IMG/VR virus record: IMGVR_UViG_3300045988_173816
Coordinates: 32,001 to 96,000 of that record
Strand: one strand, 5' to 3'
Source: a virus
Length of the DNA: 64,000 nucleotides
The notes beneath the pieces were generated by a model. It had not been told where the DNA came from. It did no database searches and saw nothing but the letters and a program-made list of their open reading frames with translations. Position numbers and translations under genes: made by a program. Numbering within the stretch: position 1 is the stretch's first letter; every line of letters starts with the position of its first letter. This document shows, piece by piece, positions 1 to 9,091 of the stretch.

Positions 1-13
1 TTTTATTCGTAAG

Positions 14-346
14 TTGAGTGTTTCAAACACTTATGTAGACAGAAGACCTAAAGATAAAATAGATGTTTGTAGTATTTTAGTTTACTTTTACACAAATGGT
101 ATTTCTAAGGGTGAGATTTTAGAATTAGGTCAACGTTATGGGTTCACTTTTGAATTAAATCCTTCTTGGTATTCCATAGATGCAATCGATAAAGGATTAT
201 ATTCTTTGAGAAATTTTAAACCTTCACCTTCTATCCCTCATTTATCAAATGATACTTGTTTGTTTTGGGTTCAAGCTTTATTATTGGGGTTGTTTAATTC
301 AAATATACCGGTTAGTGCAGTATTTAAAGAAGGAGTTTGGTATTAA
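14..346 (+). CDS. hypothetical protein (5' end uncertain)
   Basis: 110-codon ORF from TTG 14. The same frame has no stop back to nt 2, so the gene may begin upstream of the window. No motif recognised. Confidence 0.4.
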   Translation: MSVSNTYVDRRPKDKIDVCSILVYFYTNGISKGEILELGQRYGFTFELNPSWYSIDAIDKGLYSLRNFKPSPSIPHLSNDTCLFWVQALLLGLFNSNIPVSAVFKEGVWY

Positions 347-793
347 GTGGTGCCTGTATTTTTTGGAGTAGATGGTGGTGTTTTGACAGGGGTTAGTGCT
401 TGTGCAGAATATGGTTTGTGCGCAGGTTCTGATTTTTATACTGAATATAGAGTTCAAGGTTCTTCAAATTATTTAGCAGAAGGGTCTTATATTCATATTA
501 TTTCTTCATCTAAACCATTTGAAGTTGTGGAGATGGGGGGACAACCGTTAGTTAGCAAATACCAAGCTATAGTGGATGCTTGTTACTTTTATCATGATGA
601 TTCTGCTTTAGCTGAAATTTTTGAAGAACTAGAATATGAGGGTGAACTAGATGTTTGGGTATCTTATGCTAAATCAGTAAATATGGATTCATCTTTATTA
701 CAGTTTATTTTATCTATGTTTACAGACGCTTATAGAGACACTTACGATGGTGGTTTTCCTTTAGTTTTATCTAATCGATCATTGTTTACTTAG
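347..793 (+). CDS. hypothetical protein
   Basis: 148-codon ORF starting at GTG directly after the previous stop. Co-directional. No motif recognised. Confidence 0.5.
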   Translation: MVPVFFGVDGGVLTGVSACAEYGLCAGSDFYTEYRVQGSSNYLAEGSYIHIISSSKPFEVVEMGGQPLVSKYQAIVDACYFYHDDSALAEIFEELEYEGELDVWVSYAKSVNMDSSLLQFILSMFTDAYRDTYDGGFPLVLSNRSLFT

Positions 794-800
794 GTATAAA

Positions 801-832
801 GAGAAACAAGTTTAGAGCTTGTTTTCTTTTTT
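801..832 (+). terminator. rho-independent terminator
   Basis: Stem AAACAAG (804-810) / CTTGTTT (818-824) with a 7-nt loop, followed by a T-run. Confidence 0.6.
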
Positions 833-859
833 GACTTTTTTGTACTTTTGTGCTATAAT
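831..859 (+). promoter_or_regulatory. sigma-A-type promoter with extended -10
   Basis: TTGACT (831-836), 17-bp spacer, TGcTATAAT (TATAAT at 854-859), then AAAAGAAA. Confidence 0.6.
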
Positions 860-893
860 AAAAGAAATTTAAAGGAAAGGAAGAACTTAAAAT

Positions 894-1664
894 TTGAGAA
901 CCAAAGAAGAGGTCTTTGAGTTGGTTAAATCACATCTTATTGATTTAGATTCGGTATCAGAAGTCGCCACTCAGCGTAAGTATATTCATGATGAGATTAA
1001 GTCTTATTTAGTTGAGAATTATTTAGGTTTCGCAACAAGTCCTTCGGTCAATATTGAGTTGATGAACGCTTTAGATGAGGTTGGTTGGCTTGACAAAGGT
1101 ACATTTACCTTGGAGGGTAGAGTAGTTGTACCTATTCGCAACGCAGATGGTTCGATTGCTACCTTGGTAGGTTGGCGAAAAGGATTTCCAAAATACTACA
1201 CGATTGCAGATAAGGATTTTTCTAAAGAAAGTCATTGGTTTAATTTAGACAGAGCCTTGGATAAGTCCTTTAATGGAGATAAGCGGTATCGAGGTTCTAT
1301 TGTGGTGGTTGAGGGTATATTTGATGCTCTTCATTTGGATGCTTATGGTGTACCAGCTATTGCGACTGTGGGAGCGGACGTAAATGCTTATAAGGGAGCA
1401 GTTCTTAACTTGTTCGACAAAGTGATTTGTGTCCCGGATAATGATAGAGCAGGGCAGAGAGCTTTACTAGAGAAGAAATGGCAAGTACCGACTAGTGCAA
1501 CTTTCTTATATGTAGAAGAAAAGCGGTATCAATTTGGAGAAGGTCTTTCTTTTCAAGTAAAAGATATTGATAACTTTTTAAGTCTATTCGGTTCTCAAAT
1601 TCATGAGGTTCTAGTGCCTTTGGTGGAGAACAAAGCAGCAGTAGTGGAGAGGTTGAGTTTATGA
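894..1664 (+). CDS. Toprim-domain DNA primase-like protein
   Basis: VVVEGIFDALHL (Toprim Glu) and VICVPDNDRAGQRA (DxD). No N-terminal Zn ribbon seen. TTG start about 10 nt after AAAGGAAAGGAAG. Confidence 0.7.
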   Translation: MRTKEEVFELVKSHLIDLDSVSEVATQRKYIHDEIKSYLVENYLGFATSPSVNIELMNALDEVGWLDKGTFTLEGRVVVPIRNADGSIATLVGWRKGFPKYYTIADKDFSKESHWFNLDRALDKSFNGDKRYRGSIVVVEGIFDALHLDAYGVPAIATVGADVNAYKGAVLNLFDKVICVPDNDRAGQRALLEKKWQVPTSATFLYVEEKRYQFGEGLSFQVKDIDNFLSLFGSQIHEVLVPLVENKAAVVERLSL

Positions 1665-1927
1665 GTTTATTACAAGATTTAGAGAAAAGTTATGAAGAAA
1701 TACCAATAGGTTCCCTTTGGCGACACCTCAAGACAGACAACCTTTATACTGTCAAAGATATTGTAGTAGTTGAGTCTGATTTAACTCTCGCGGTATCTTA
1801 CAAGCGCCTTGGAGATACTAATCGTCTACATTGGCTTCGTCCATTAGATGAGTTTTTAGATGGTCGCTTTAAAAGAGAAGTTCTGTTCAAAGATGAGGTG
1901 GAAAATGGGAGTAACAGTGGAAGATAA
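1661..1927 (+). CDS. DUF1653-like small protein
   Basis: Pattern WRHLKTDNLYTV...AVSYKRL...WLRPLDEFLDGRF resembles the DUF1653 fold signature. ATGA overlap with the primase gene. Confidence 0.5.
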   Translation: MSLLQDLEKSYEEIPIGSLWRHLKTDNLYTVKDIVVVESDLTLAVSYKRLGDTNRLHWLRPLDEFLDGRFKREVLFKDEVENGSNSGR

Positions 1928-2141
1928 GGTAAATTATTGGAAGAACTGGATTGGCATAGGTTCTGAGTGGTTAACTGTCGATTTTGAGCCAATAGCAATA
2001 ATGGTTACAGACATTGTATATAATAGTGATACTGGCTCGATTGAGGTAGAGTATATCTCTGAGGATAATCCTCATTCGATTAACTTTAGTTCAGTAGATC
2101 AATTTGTAGATGGTCGTTTTATTCGCGATTATAGAAATTAA
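1905..2141 (+). CDS. small protein, distant paralog of the preceding ORF
   Basis: Ends in VDQFVDGRFIRDY, like LDEFLDGRFKRE of 1661-1927. ATG 1905 after GAGGTGG is preferred over the track start 1860. Confidence 0.45.
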   Translation: MGVTVEDKVNYWKNWIGIGSEWLTVDFEPIAIMVTDIVYNSDTGSIEVEYISEDNPHSINFSSVDQFVDGRFIRDYRN

Positions 2142-2160
2142 AAGTGAAAGCAGGAAACAC

Positions 2161-2499
2161 ATGAAAATTGTAAAACGTGATGGTGCAGTAGAAGACTTCG
2201 ATGCAAATAAGATTTATGGTGCTTTGATTAAAGCAGCGCAGTCTGTATTTGTAGTGAGTGATGATTTGAGACAGAATTTAGCTAGGATTGCACAGAGCGT
2301 AGCTAATCAACTTGAGGAGACGCACTCAGAGAATATTACTATTTCTATGATTCAAGCTTTGGTTGAGGAAAAACTCCTCTCCGCAGGGTATCTTCACATT
2401 GCTGAACACTATATTTCGTATCGTTTGCAACGAGACATTGATCGTACAGACTACAAGGATAATGTAGTTGTGCATTTGCATTTGGAACGCATTCGCTAA
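2161..2499 (+). CDS. stand-alone ATP-cone domain protein
   Basis: MKIVKRDGAVEDFDANKIYGALIKA ... IQALVEEKL...HYISYR matches the ATP-cone pattern of NrdR/NrdD N-termini. ATG 2161 is preferred over the track start 2110. Confidence 0.65.
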   Translation: MKIVKRDGAVEDFDANKIYGALIKAAQSVFVVSDDLRQNLARIAQSVANQLEETHSENITISMIQALVEEKLLSAGYLHIAEHYISYRLQRDIDRTDYKDNVVVHLHLERIR

Positions 2500-2535
2500 T
2501 AACTTCCTAATTGTTGAAAAGAAAGAAGAAATAAG

Positions 2536-3207
2536 ATGATTGATATGAGACTGTGGCACTTATACAAGCAGAAGTGGGTTTATGATTTTACACTTACGAG
2601 TGATGGATTGGTTTACTTAACTGAGTGGAACAAAAACTCCCTTTTAACTCCACAACCTTTTGAGAAAGCTGGAGTTGTACCTTGTCGAAAAACTCATTTG
2701 CTTTCCGATGAGGGTGAGCCGATTTATGAAGGTGATTATATTCACATTCGGTATCATTTACTTGGTTTGGACTTCAAACACTATGAGGGTTTTGTCACTT
2801 ATACTCCTTTAGGTTTCTACTTAACTAGTGTAGATGGTGCCGTTTTGCCTTTAACTGAGATTATAACTATGTCCTTAGAAGGTACTGTACATATTGACTT
2901 ATTAGGTACTCGTTTTGAAGATTATTATGAGCAATATAAAGAACTAAGTAAAATTGAATATGTAATTTCAGCAACCGGTGTTTCTTTAGGTATTCCAATA
3001 GGATTTCGTTATTACTATGCTGGTTTTAAGGATTTTGATGAAGAATTGAATTTTTTAGAGGATGAGAGTCCTCAAGCAGTTTGTCGTTATGATTCTTATT
3101 ATCTAGCAGTTCAAACTATGTTGAATTTAAGGTCTGAAGTTCCAGATGAGCGTTGGTACTTTAGAATTGAAATAGCGGGCACTAAGAAAGATGCACATTT
3201 GGAGTAA
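2536..3207 (+). CDS. hypothetical protein with YopX-like N-terminal region
   Basis: The DEGEPIYEGDYIHIRY...GFVTY stretch resembles the YopX family IYEGD motif. Weak evidence. Confidence 0.45.
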   Translation: MIDMRLWHLYKQKWVYDFTLTSDGLVYLTEWNKNSLLTPQPFEKAGVVPCRKTHLLSDEGEPIYEGDYIHIRYHLLGLDFKHYEGFVTYTPLGFYLTSVDGAVLPLTEIITMSLEGTVHIDLLGTRFEDYYEQYKELSKIEYVISATGVSLGIPIGFRYYYAGFKDFDEELNFLEDESPQAVCRYDSYYLAVQTMLNLRSEVPDERWYFRIEIAGTKKDAHLE

Positions 3208-3211
3208 AAAT

Positions 3212-3616
3212 ATGAGTGATTTCCACCAAGAATTAGTAAACGCATACCCTTTGGTAAGTCAATTAAACGAACTAGCTTACAATTTAGTTTATCAAGATAC
3301 TTCTTTTCTTGACTTTGTAGATTCCATTTGTCAACAAGCTAATGTTGAGTATATAGAGTTTCGAGATAAACCTAGCACTATTCCTAGTGGTATCTTTGTT
3401 TTGCGCTTCAAGTACAAAAATATAAACAGTGAAATTGAAGTACATATTTTTGAGTTGGTCAGTAATGCCTTGCCTTACACAGATTACGATTTAGTTGGTC
3501 GCATTTCAGAAAAGATTGATGCTAGAAAGCGTGAGTTAGACGTTGTTTTAGGTAATTTAGATTATCAAATCAACCAACATTTAGAAAAAGTAGCAAAAAT
3601 CACAGAAAACCATTGA
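3212..3616 (+). CDS. hypothetical protein
   Basis: ATG 3212 lies 7 nt after GGAG. The track start 3191 overlaps the previous gene. No motif recognised. Confidence 0.5.
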   Translation: MSDFHQELVNAYPLVSQLNELAYNLVYQDTSFLDFVDSICQQANVEYIEFRDKPSTIPSGIFVLRFKYKNINSEIEVHIFELVSNALPYTDYDLVGRISEKIDARKRELDVVLGNLDYQINQHLEKVAKITENH

Positions 3617-3641
3617 CATTTCACTTAGTTTGTGCTATACT
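3613..3641 (+). promoter_or_regulatory. near-consensus sigma-A promoter with extended -10
   Basis: TTGACA (3613-3618), 17-bp spacer, TGcTATACT (TATACT at 3636-3641). It reads into a 1.3-kb ORF-free region. Confidence 0.65.
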
Positions 3642-3647
3642 ATTTAT

Positions 3648-4602
3648 TGTTGGTTGGTAATCGTTTGTGAATCTAACTTTAGTGATCGGTTGGATGATTT
3701 GGATACTTCACAACGATAAGGCTTACAGTTTGTGAAAGGACTGTAAGTCGTAGGTGTCTTACGACACCGAAAGACGTTTCAAATGAACTTCTTTTCTTTT
3801 TCGGATTTAGGACTGTCGAAGGTTCTAGGTTCGTAGGTGAGTTATAGTTCACCTAACGATTAGGGTTCATGTTTGAACCTCTAGTTTTATTTTGCGTAGG
3901 TACTTGTGAAAGGGTATCTATGCATAAAGTTGCTTCATTTATAGGTTGTAACTTTAGTTAGACATAAAAGTAAAACATGATAAGACTGAAATAGTCTTGG
4001 ATTGTATAGAGGGTAGTTGCAGTCGCCTCAACTCCGACTCTTGTGCAGTACACTGCACAAGAGTAAGGTGAGAAACAACATTAGTTGGAAACTTTAATTT
4101 TGTTAAGCAATTAAAGAACTGTTTCGTCTAATTGGTTTTCTGGATAATTTGCGTGATTCAGAAATACTTCCTTTCTATTTATTTTTGGCTTGCAATCTGT
4201 GATAGGATTGTGAGTCTTAGAAACCTATAAAGTTTCTAACTTACGTTTAAAAACGTTAAGTTCACCTTATATTATTTTGCTAGGTTACAGATTATAAAAG
4301 GTCTGTAGCTTATAGAAACTTTTAGGTTTCTTAACGTTCCTACGTGGTAGGTTCTCCAAATATTATTCTAGGTTGCAAATTGTCAAAGGTTTGCAACTTA
4401 TAGAAGCCTTTTGGTTTCTAAAACAATGATTTGATTCGTTGTTCATCGTTCTTCTTTAATTTAAATGGGTTGTAGACTGTCAAAGGTTTATGACTCTTAG
4501 GTAACATTGTTACCCTACTGTACCGAACTATCGGTACCTTTTAGACTGTCGAGATGATAGGCGAAACCAATGAATAGAACACTTTTCTTAAAGTGCTTTT
4601 TC
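3648..4602 (+). ncRNA. candidate large structured non-coding RNA (or ssDNA hairpin array)
   Basis: No ORF of 60 aa or more on either strand between 3617 and 4911. At least 8 stem-loops share the loop TGTSAAAGG. The region is bounded by the promoter at 3613 and the terminator-like hairpin at 4580-4602. Confidence 0.4.
4187..4540 (+). repeat. four tandem 90-97-nt three-hairpin modules
   Basis: Modules start at about 4187, 4281, 4371 and 4468. Each is GGYTRCArA-loop(TGTxAAAGG)-complement, then TAGAAAC..GTTTCTA, then a third hairpin, separated by AT-rich linkers. Confidence 0.7.
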
Positions 4603-4612
4603 GTTGGTTTTT
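4562..4612 (+). terminator. nested hairpin terminator candidate
   Basis: Inner stem CACTTT-tctt-AAAGTG followed by CTTTTT. Outer stem AAACCAA / TTGGTTT followed by TT. Confidence 0.5.
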
Positions 4613-4843
4613 AAATACGGCTGAGAAGTCGCATAATTGGTTTTATAAGATTACCTCAAAAGGCTAGAATTGTTGTTAAACTAAGGTCTTAAGTAAATTT
4701 GTTGGTGGTTTGATTTTGGTTATCTTAGTAACTCTTCTTTAAAATTTGTTACACGCTAGTTTATCTAGCTTCTTTAAATACTAAATAAACTAAAACAGAA
4801 AGCTTTACAAAAGAAATAGACAGTTTGCAACAGTTCGGTTAAT

Positions 4844-4898
4844 TGCTAAGAAAATGCTTAAATAATGCTAAGAAAATTGCTAATTATTGCTAAGAAAA
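4844..4898 (+). repeat. five 11-nt direct repeats TGCTAAGAAAA in the leader of the 4912 gene
   Basis: Copies at 4844, 4855 (variant), 4866, 4878 (variant) and 4888, ending 4 nt before the GAGGT RBS. Confidence 0.75.
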
Positions 4899-4911
4899 AT
4901 TGAGGTAAAAC

Positions 4912-6288
4912 ATGGTAAAAATCGATCTAAATCAAATCTCTGCTGAACAAATGGCTCAAATGCAACAAGTGTTGGCTAAAGACACTGCGGGAGCTAAACG
5001 TTCACCACTTACTGAGCTTGGTGAAGAGCTTGGAATTCAAATTTTCAACCGTGCCAAAGACGGTTACACAAACCAAAAACTCTTGGTTTACATTCCTCGC
5101 ATGGGGTATCCTACTGTTGATGAAAAAGGTGACTTGATTCCGTTCCGTGTTCCTATGCGTAGCGTAACAATGAAAGCCTTCAACAACGGTGATTCTAAGA
5201 GCAACTGGAAAGGTTCTATGCCTTACTTTGAAGAAGCTAAAGAAGAGAACCGTATCTTTGCACCTTGGGGTCAATCAGGTAACAATGAGTACCTTCGTGA
5301 CTACATTAGTGCTGCATTTGACATGCGCCGTGCGAAAATTGAGCTTGAAGTAGCTCGTCAAGGGTATTCTTCTGTTGCTGAGTTGGTTGCAAACGAACCT
5401 CAGTACAAAGAAGAAAAAGACTTCACTAAAACGTTTATGGAATATGTGTTCTTGCAAGTTCAAAGTAACTCAGACATGTGGTTCCCAATCGTAGTGATTC
5501 CTACTAAAAAGGATGCTCATGGTAAGTTCACAACTACACCAGAAACAAAACCTTTGCTTGATGAAGATGGAAACCCAACTTCTGTGACGAAACCAATTCC
5601 ACGTATTGACAATTATGGGAAACCTATTTGTGATAACGATGGAAACCAATTGTTTGAGGAACGTGTCTTTGCTCACACGATTGAAGGCGAATTGAAGTGG
5701 CATAAACTCACTACAAAAGCTTTCACTGAAAAATTGGTGAAAGCCCTAGAGTTGCAAGCACAACAACCGGGTATCACTGAGCTTGGTGGGTTCTTCGTTC
5801 TCTTCAATTATGAAATTGACGAGAAAGCTCTTGAAAAAGCGAAGAACAACGGTGGTGCTGCTTACGAAAGTGAAGATTCTAAGTCAGGTGCTTCATTGAA
5901 TATTCAAGTTATGCAAAAAGTGGCTCCGTTCACAGACTTGTACGACTTGACTGAGTACCTTGGTCTTCAAGAGCAGTGGGATAAAGAAGCGCAAGCTCAC
6001 TACAACGCTCTTCATCTTGTACAGACTGTTCGTGCTTGTGAATTGCTTTCTGACGAAGAGGTAAATGACAAGCTGGATAAATTGTATGGTGGACTTGAGA
6101 AAGTGAAAGCTGAGATTGAAAACATTCAAGCGACTGCTGAAAACCTTAAAAAAGGTGTAGCAGCAGGTGGTTCGACTAACCATATCGCTAATTCTGCAGC
6201 TAACCGACTAGGTGCTAACGCTGGTCAACTTCCTCCAGGTGTGGATGTTGACCCAGCAAGTGCTTTGGATTTCGGTGCTGACGAATAA
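4912..6288 (+). CDS. hypothetical protein, possibly an ssDNA-binding-type replication protein
   Basis: 458-codon ORF with a good RBS (GAGGT). It has an acidic C-terminal tail ...DPASALDFGADE of the kind seen on SSB/gp32/gp2.5-type proteins. The function is speculative. Confidence 0.55.
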   Translation: MVKIDLNQISAEQMAQMQQVLAKDTAGAKRSPLTELGEELGIQIFNRAKDGYTNQKLLVYIPRMGYPTVDEKGDLIPFRVPMRSVTMKAFNNGDSKSNWKGSMPYFEEAKEENRIFAPWGQSGNNEYLRDYISAAFDMRRAKIELEVARQGYSSVAELVANEPQYKEEKDFTKTFMEYVFLQVQSNSDMWFPIVVIPTKKDAHGKFTTTPETKPLLDEDGNPTSVTKPIPRIDNYGKPICDNDGNQLFEERVFAHTIEGELKWHKLTTKAFTEKLVKALELQAQQPGITELGGFFVLFNYEIDEKALEKAKNNGGAAYESEDSKSGASLNIQVMQKVAPFTDLYDLTEYLGLQEQWDKEAQAHYNALHLVQTVRACELLSDEEVNDKLDKLYGGLEKVKAEIENIQATAENLKKGVAAGGSTNHIANSAANRLGANAGQLPPGVDVDPASALDFGADE

Positions 6289-6369
6289 AAACAAACACTC
6301 TATTTTAAGAGTCTTTAACCTTTAGACTCTCCTTAATTGGTAGAGAAGTGTATCTTATAAAACCGAGAA

Positions 6370-6396
6370 GGTCAAACCATTTGGGTTTGACTTTTA
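6370..6396 (+). terminator. rho-independent terminator
   Basis: Stem GTCAAACC / GGTTTGAC followed by TTTT. Confidence 0.6.
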
Positions 6397-6482
6397 ATAA
6401 AGAAAGAAATTTCTTTATTTTCTCTAAGTTCCTAGCATTTTCTAGGAATTTTGCGAAGATAAAGAAGAAAGGAAGAACAAAT

Positions 6483-7928
6483 TTGGCAACAGTAGATGAA
6501 CTATTTGCTGACTTACAGGTTAGTAAAGGTGAGAGTAAGAGTGAGTTGAAGCAAACTTCACTATTTGACTCAGAAGAACATCGTAATTACCTAGAGGGTA
6601 TTATTGCTAGGGGTCAAAAATCCAAGTTATTGGCTTGGGAAATTGAGAACTTTGCTCAATATGAGAAAGAACGCTTTGAGTTTGGTTCTCATTGGGTTTT
6701 GTTATTGAAAGCTTTCAACTCAACTGGAAAATCCAACGCTTTAAAGGCTTTGGAATATAACCTAACAACTAAGGGTATCGGCTTGCAACTAGCGAAAGGT
6801 TTTATTAAACATGGAGCGTTAGAATCGAAGATTACAACTTTTTGGTCGGATGGTTTGGAAGTTGAGTATTACTTAATCCGAACTAGTTTGGGTGCTCGTT
6901 CAGTATTTAAGAATGGTTATAGAGTTTACTTAAATGAGGACGGTAAGCGCACTGAGGTATATAATACTCTTGTAGATGGTCGCTTTGTAAAAATAACTGA
7001 GATTCCAAGTTTCTTGAAACGTTACTTCAACTTAGCAGAGGTTGGAGGTCGTTACTTGAACTTAATGAGGGGTGCAGAAGGTCTTCCAGTATTGGAACAG
7101 TCTCCAGCTTCTCTTAATCGAATGCTATCTCAAGCAGCAGATTTAGAAACTGCAGAGCAAGCGATTAAACAAATGACGGATGATAACAAGGAGACGTTCC
7201 AACAGTTAGAGGTTGTGGAAGGTCGGATTCGAGTCTATTCACAAGATATTGTAGAGCGTAGGCACTTAACCAAAGAGGTTATTCGACAATTAGAGGGTAA
7301 AACAACTCAATTTGAGCTATTAGAAAAAGGCTCAGAGGGTATCCTTGCAGTTGCAAGCGACTTAAAAGCTATGTCGGATTTAGAAGGTACGACTATGGTT
7401 GAGGGAGTTGACTTAAAGGCACTTAACCAAGTTTACGCTATTCAAACCAAGTTAAATGAATTTGGCTCAGAAGTTTCATTACCAACGGTAGAAGTTGCGA
7501 ATTTAAGTGATTTAGCTACTCTTGATAAGATTTCAAAAGGCTTAGTTGCTTTAAATGAGGTTGAAAGTTTTGGACAAGCGCCTAGTGTCTCTTCCACTCA
7601 AGTTTTGAAAGTTGTTTCAACTTTAAACTCAGCTTTAGAAGATTTAGATACTGCACCTAGTTTTGGTTTAGTTGAAGAAAGTAGAAGTGATGAAGTTCTA
7701 TCTCTCTTGGCTTTAGAGTCTCAGTTCTCAGAATTGAGTACCTTGGATAAGCAGTTAGAACTTGAGGGTTCAGAGAAAGAGTCTTGCTTTAAAGAGAGCG
7801 AAGAACTCTTACAAGAGTTAAAAACCCAAGGGTATCCAGTAGGGGTATGTTCACACTGTGGTCATCTTTCAATTACTGAACCTTTTGAGATTGGTTCAAC
7901 CGTAGTGAATCCACATGAGCATAGCTGA
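6483..7928 (+). CDS. Rad50/SbcC-like ATPase, N-terminal half with coiled coil and CxxC
   Basis: IENFAQY...AFNSTGKSNALKAL (P-loop-like) is followed by about 300 aa of heptad-rich sequence, with CSHCGH near the C-terminus. TTG 6483 after AAAGGAAG is preferred over the track start 6348, which lies in hairpin-rich spacer. Confidence 0.55.
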   Translation: MATVDELFADLQVSKGESKSELKQTSLFDSEEHRNYLEGIIARGQKSKLLAWEIENFAQYEKERFEFGSHWVLLLKAFNSTGKSNALKALEYNLTTKGIGLQLAKGFIKHGALESKITTFWSDGLEVEYYLIRTSLGARSVFKNGYRVYLNEDGKRTEVYNTLVDGRFVKITEIPSFLKRYFNLAEVGGRYLNLMRGAEGLPVLEQSPASLNRMLSQAADLETAEQAIKQMTDDNKETFQQLEVVEGRIRVYSQDIVERRHLTKEVIRQLEGKTTQFELLEKGSEGILAVASDLKAMSDLEGTTMVEGVDLKALNQVYAIQTKLNEFGSEVSLPTVEVANLSDLATLDKISKGLVALNEVESFGQAPSVSSTQVLKVVSTLNSALEDLDTAPSFGLVEESRSDEVLSLLALESQFSELSTLDKQLELEGSEKESCFKESEELLQELKTQGYPVGVCSHCGHLSITEPFEIGSTVVNPHEHS

Positions 7929-8040
7929 GGAGTCTCAGATTGGCTCAGAATTGATTTTAAATTATCTTAGGTCTATTTCTACCTCTGAGATTTAAAATCG
8001 AATAGAGAGTAAATGAGAGCATTTTGAGAGGTAAGTAAAT

Positions 8041-9078
8041 TTGAAAAAAGTAATCGGCAACACCTCAGTTACTTTTGGAGACCGCCACATTGAAAATGTG
8101 TATAGAGGTCAACACATCAACTACCAAGAGAACTGTTATTGGTGTATGGATCAAACTTTGGAGAGGGTTCAACTCCTTGAGCCAGAGTTATATAATGAAA
8201 CAGGCGACTTTATTGGAGTCAGAACAGGGGTATCATGGCTCTCTGGCGACCGCATTATGTTGAGTCGCACTATGAAATTCTTAGATTCAATTAAAGGTCA
8301 CAAGGTCATAAATCGTGGAAATCATGACTTGCATGGGTCTGAGGAGCGAAACGACTACTTGTTCTTGTCTTCTCTTGGGTACTTTGACTCCCCAGCTCAT
8401 TTAGCAGAAGAGGACAAGCAAGTAGGTCGAGTGATGTTAGAGTCACCTGACTTGATTGACCCAGACACAAATGAACCTATGAGAGTGGTTTTCCACTATG
8501 TTCCTTACGGTAAAGAGTTTGAGAAATTGGATATTGTAGAAGGTATCACTAATATTGCGATAACTCACTATGATTTCCGAGTTGGTTTAACAAACTTTAC
8601 AAACAATCCTGAAGCGATTGACTTAACAACTCATGAACCGTTTTATGGAGTGGATTTGGTTTTAAATGGTCACATCCACCAACCAAGTGAGTTGAAAGCC
8701 TTTAAGACTGAGGGTGGTACGAAGTGCGCCTTTATGAATTTAGGTTGTATGGCTCGTCCGAAACGCTCAGAAGATTATAGCTTTGTATGGTGTGCAGTAG
8801 TGAAGATGCGTAAGAATCCAATTACAGGTTTACCAGAGGTTCACTTTGACCCACAAGTATTTGAATTAAAACCACCTTTTGAGATTTTCTTGGAGGAGAC
8901 AGAAGGTTCAGTAGCAGAACAAGTCAAAGCAGAGGGAAAACAAGCTCAACTCTCAGAAGCCTTAGAAGGGTTGAGAGATTTCAACTGGGCAGGGGTATCT
9001 CTCGCAGAGCGCTTAAATCTTATGGTCTTAGAACCAGAGATTAAAGACTTGATTAAGCACTACTTGGCGCTTAATTAA
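8041..9078 (+). CDS. SbcD/Mre11-like metallophosphoesterase nuclease
   Basis: Calcineurin-like motifs FGDRH, GNHD and NGHIHQP. It is flanked by the Rad50-like halves. Confidence 0.7.
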   Translation: MKKVIGNTSVTFGDRHIENVYRGQHINYQENCYWCMDQTLERVQLLEPELYNETGDFIGVRTGVSWLSGDRIMLSRTMKFLDSIKGHKVINRGNHDLHGSEERNDYLFLSSLGYFDSPAHLAEEDKQVGRVMLESPDLIDPDTNEPMRVVFHYVPYGKEFEKLDIVEGITNIAITHYDFRVGLTNFTNNPEAIDLTTHEPFYGVDLVLNGHIHQPSELKAFKTEGGTKCAFMNLGCMARPKRSEDYSFVWCAVVKMRKNPITGLPEVHFDPQVFELKPPFEIFLEETEGSVAEQVKAEGKQAQLSEALEGLRDFNWAGVSLAERLNLMVLEPEIKDLIKHYLALN

Positions 9079-9091
9079 CAGTTATTTCATT

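Noticed and set aside
3648-4602. tRNA or tmRNA genes in the hairpin-rich region.
   Set aside because: There is no acceptor-stem/T-arm geometry and no GTTCRANYC-type T-loop. The hairpins have 7-10-bp stems with 4-10-nt loops, incompatible with cloverleaves.
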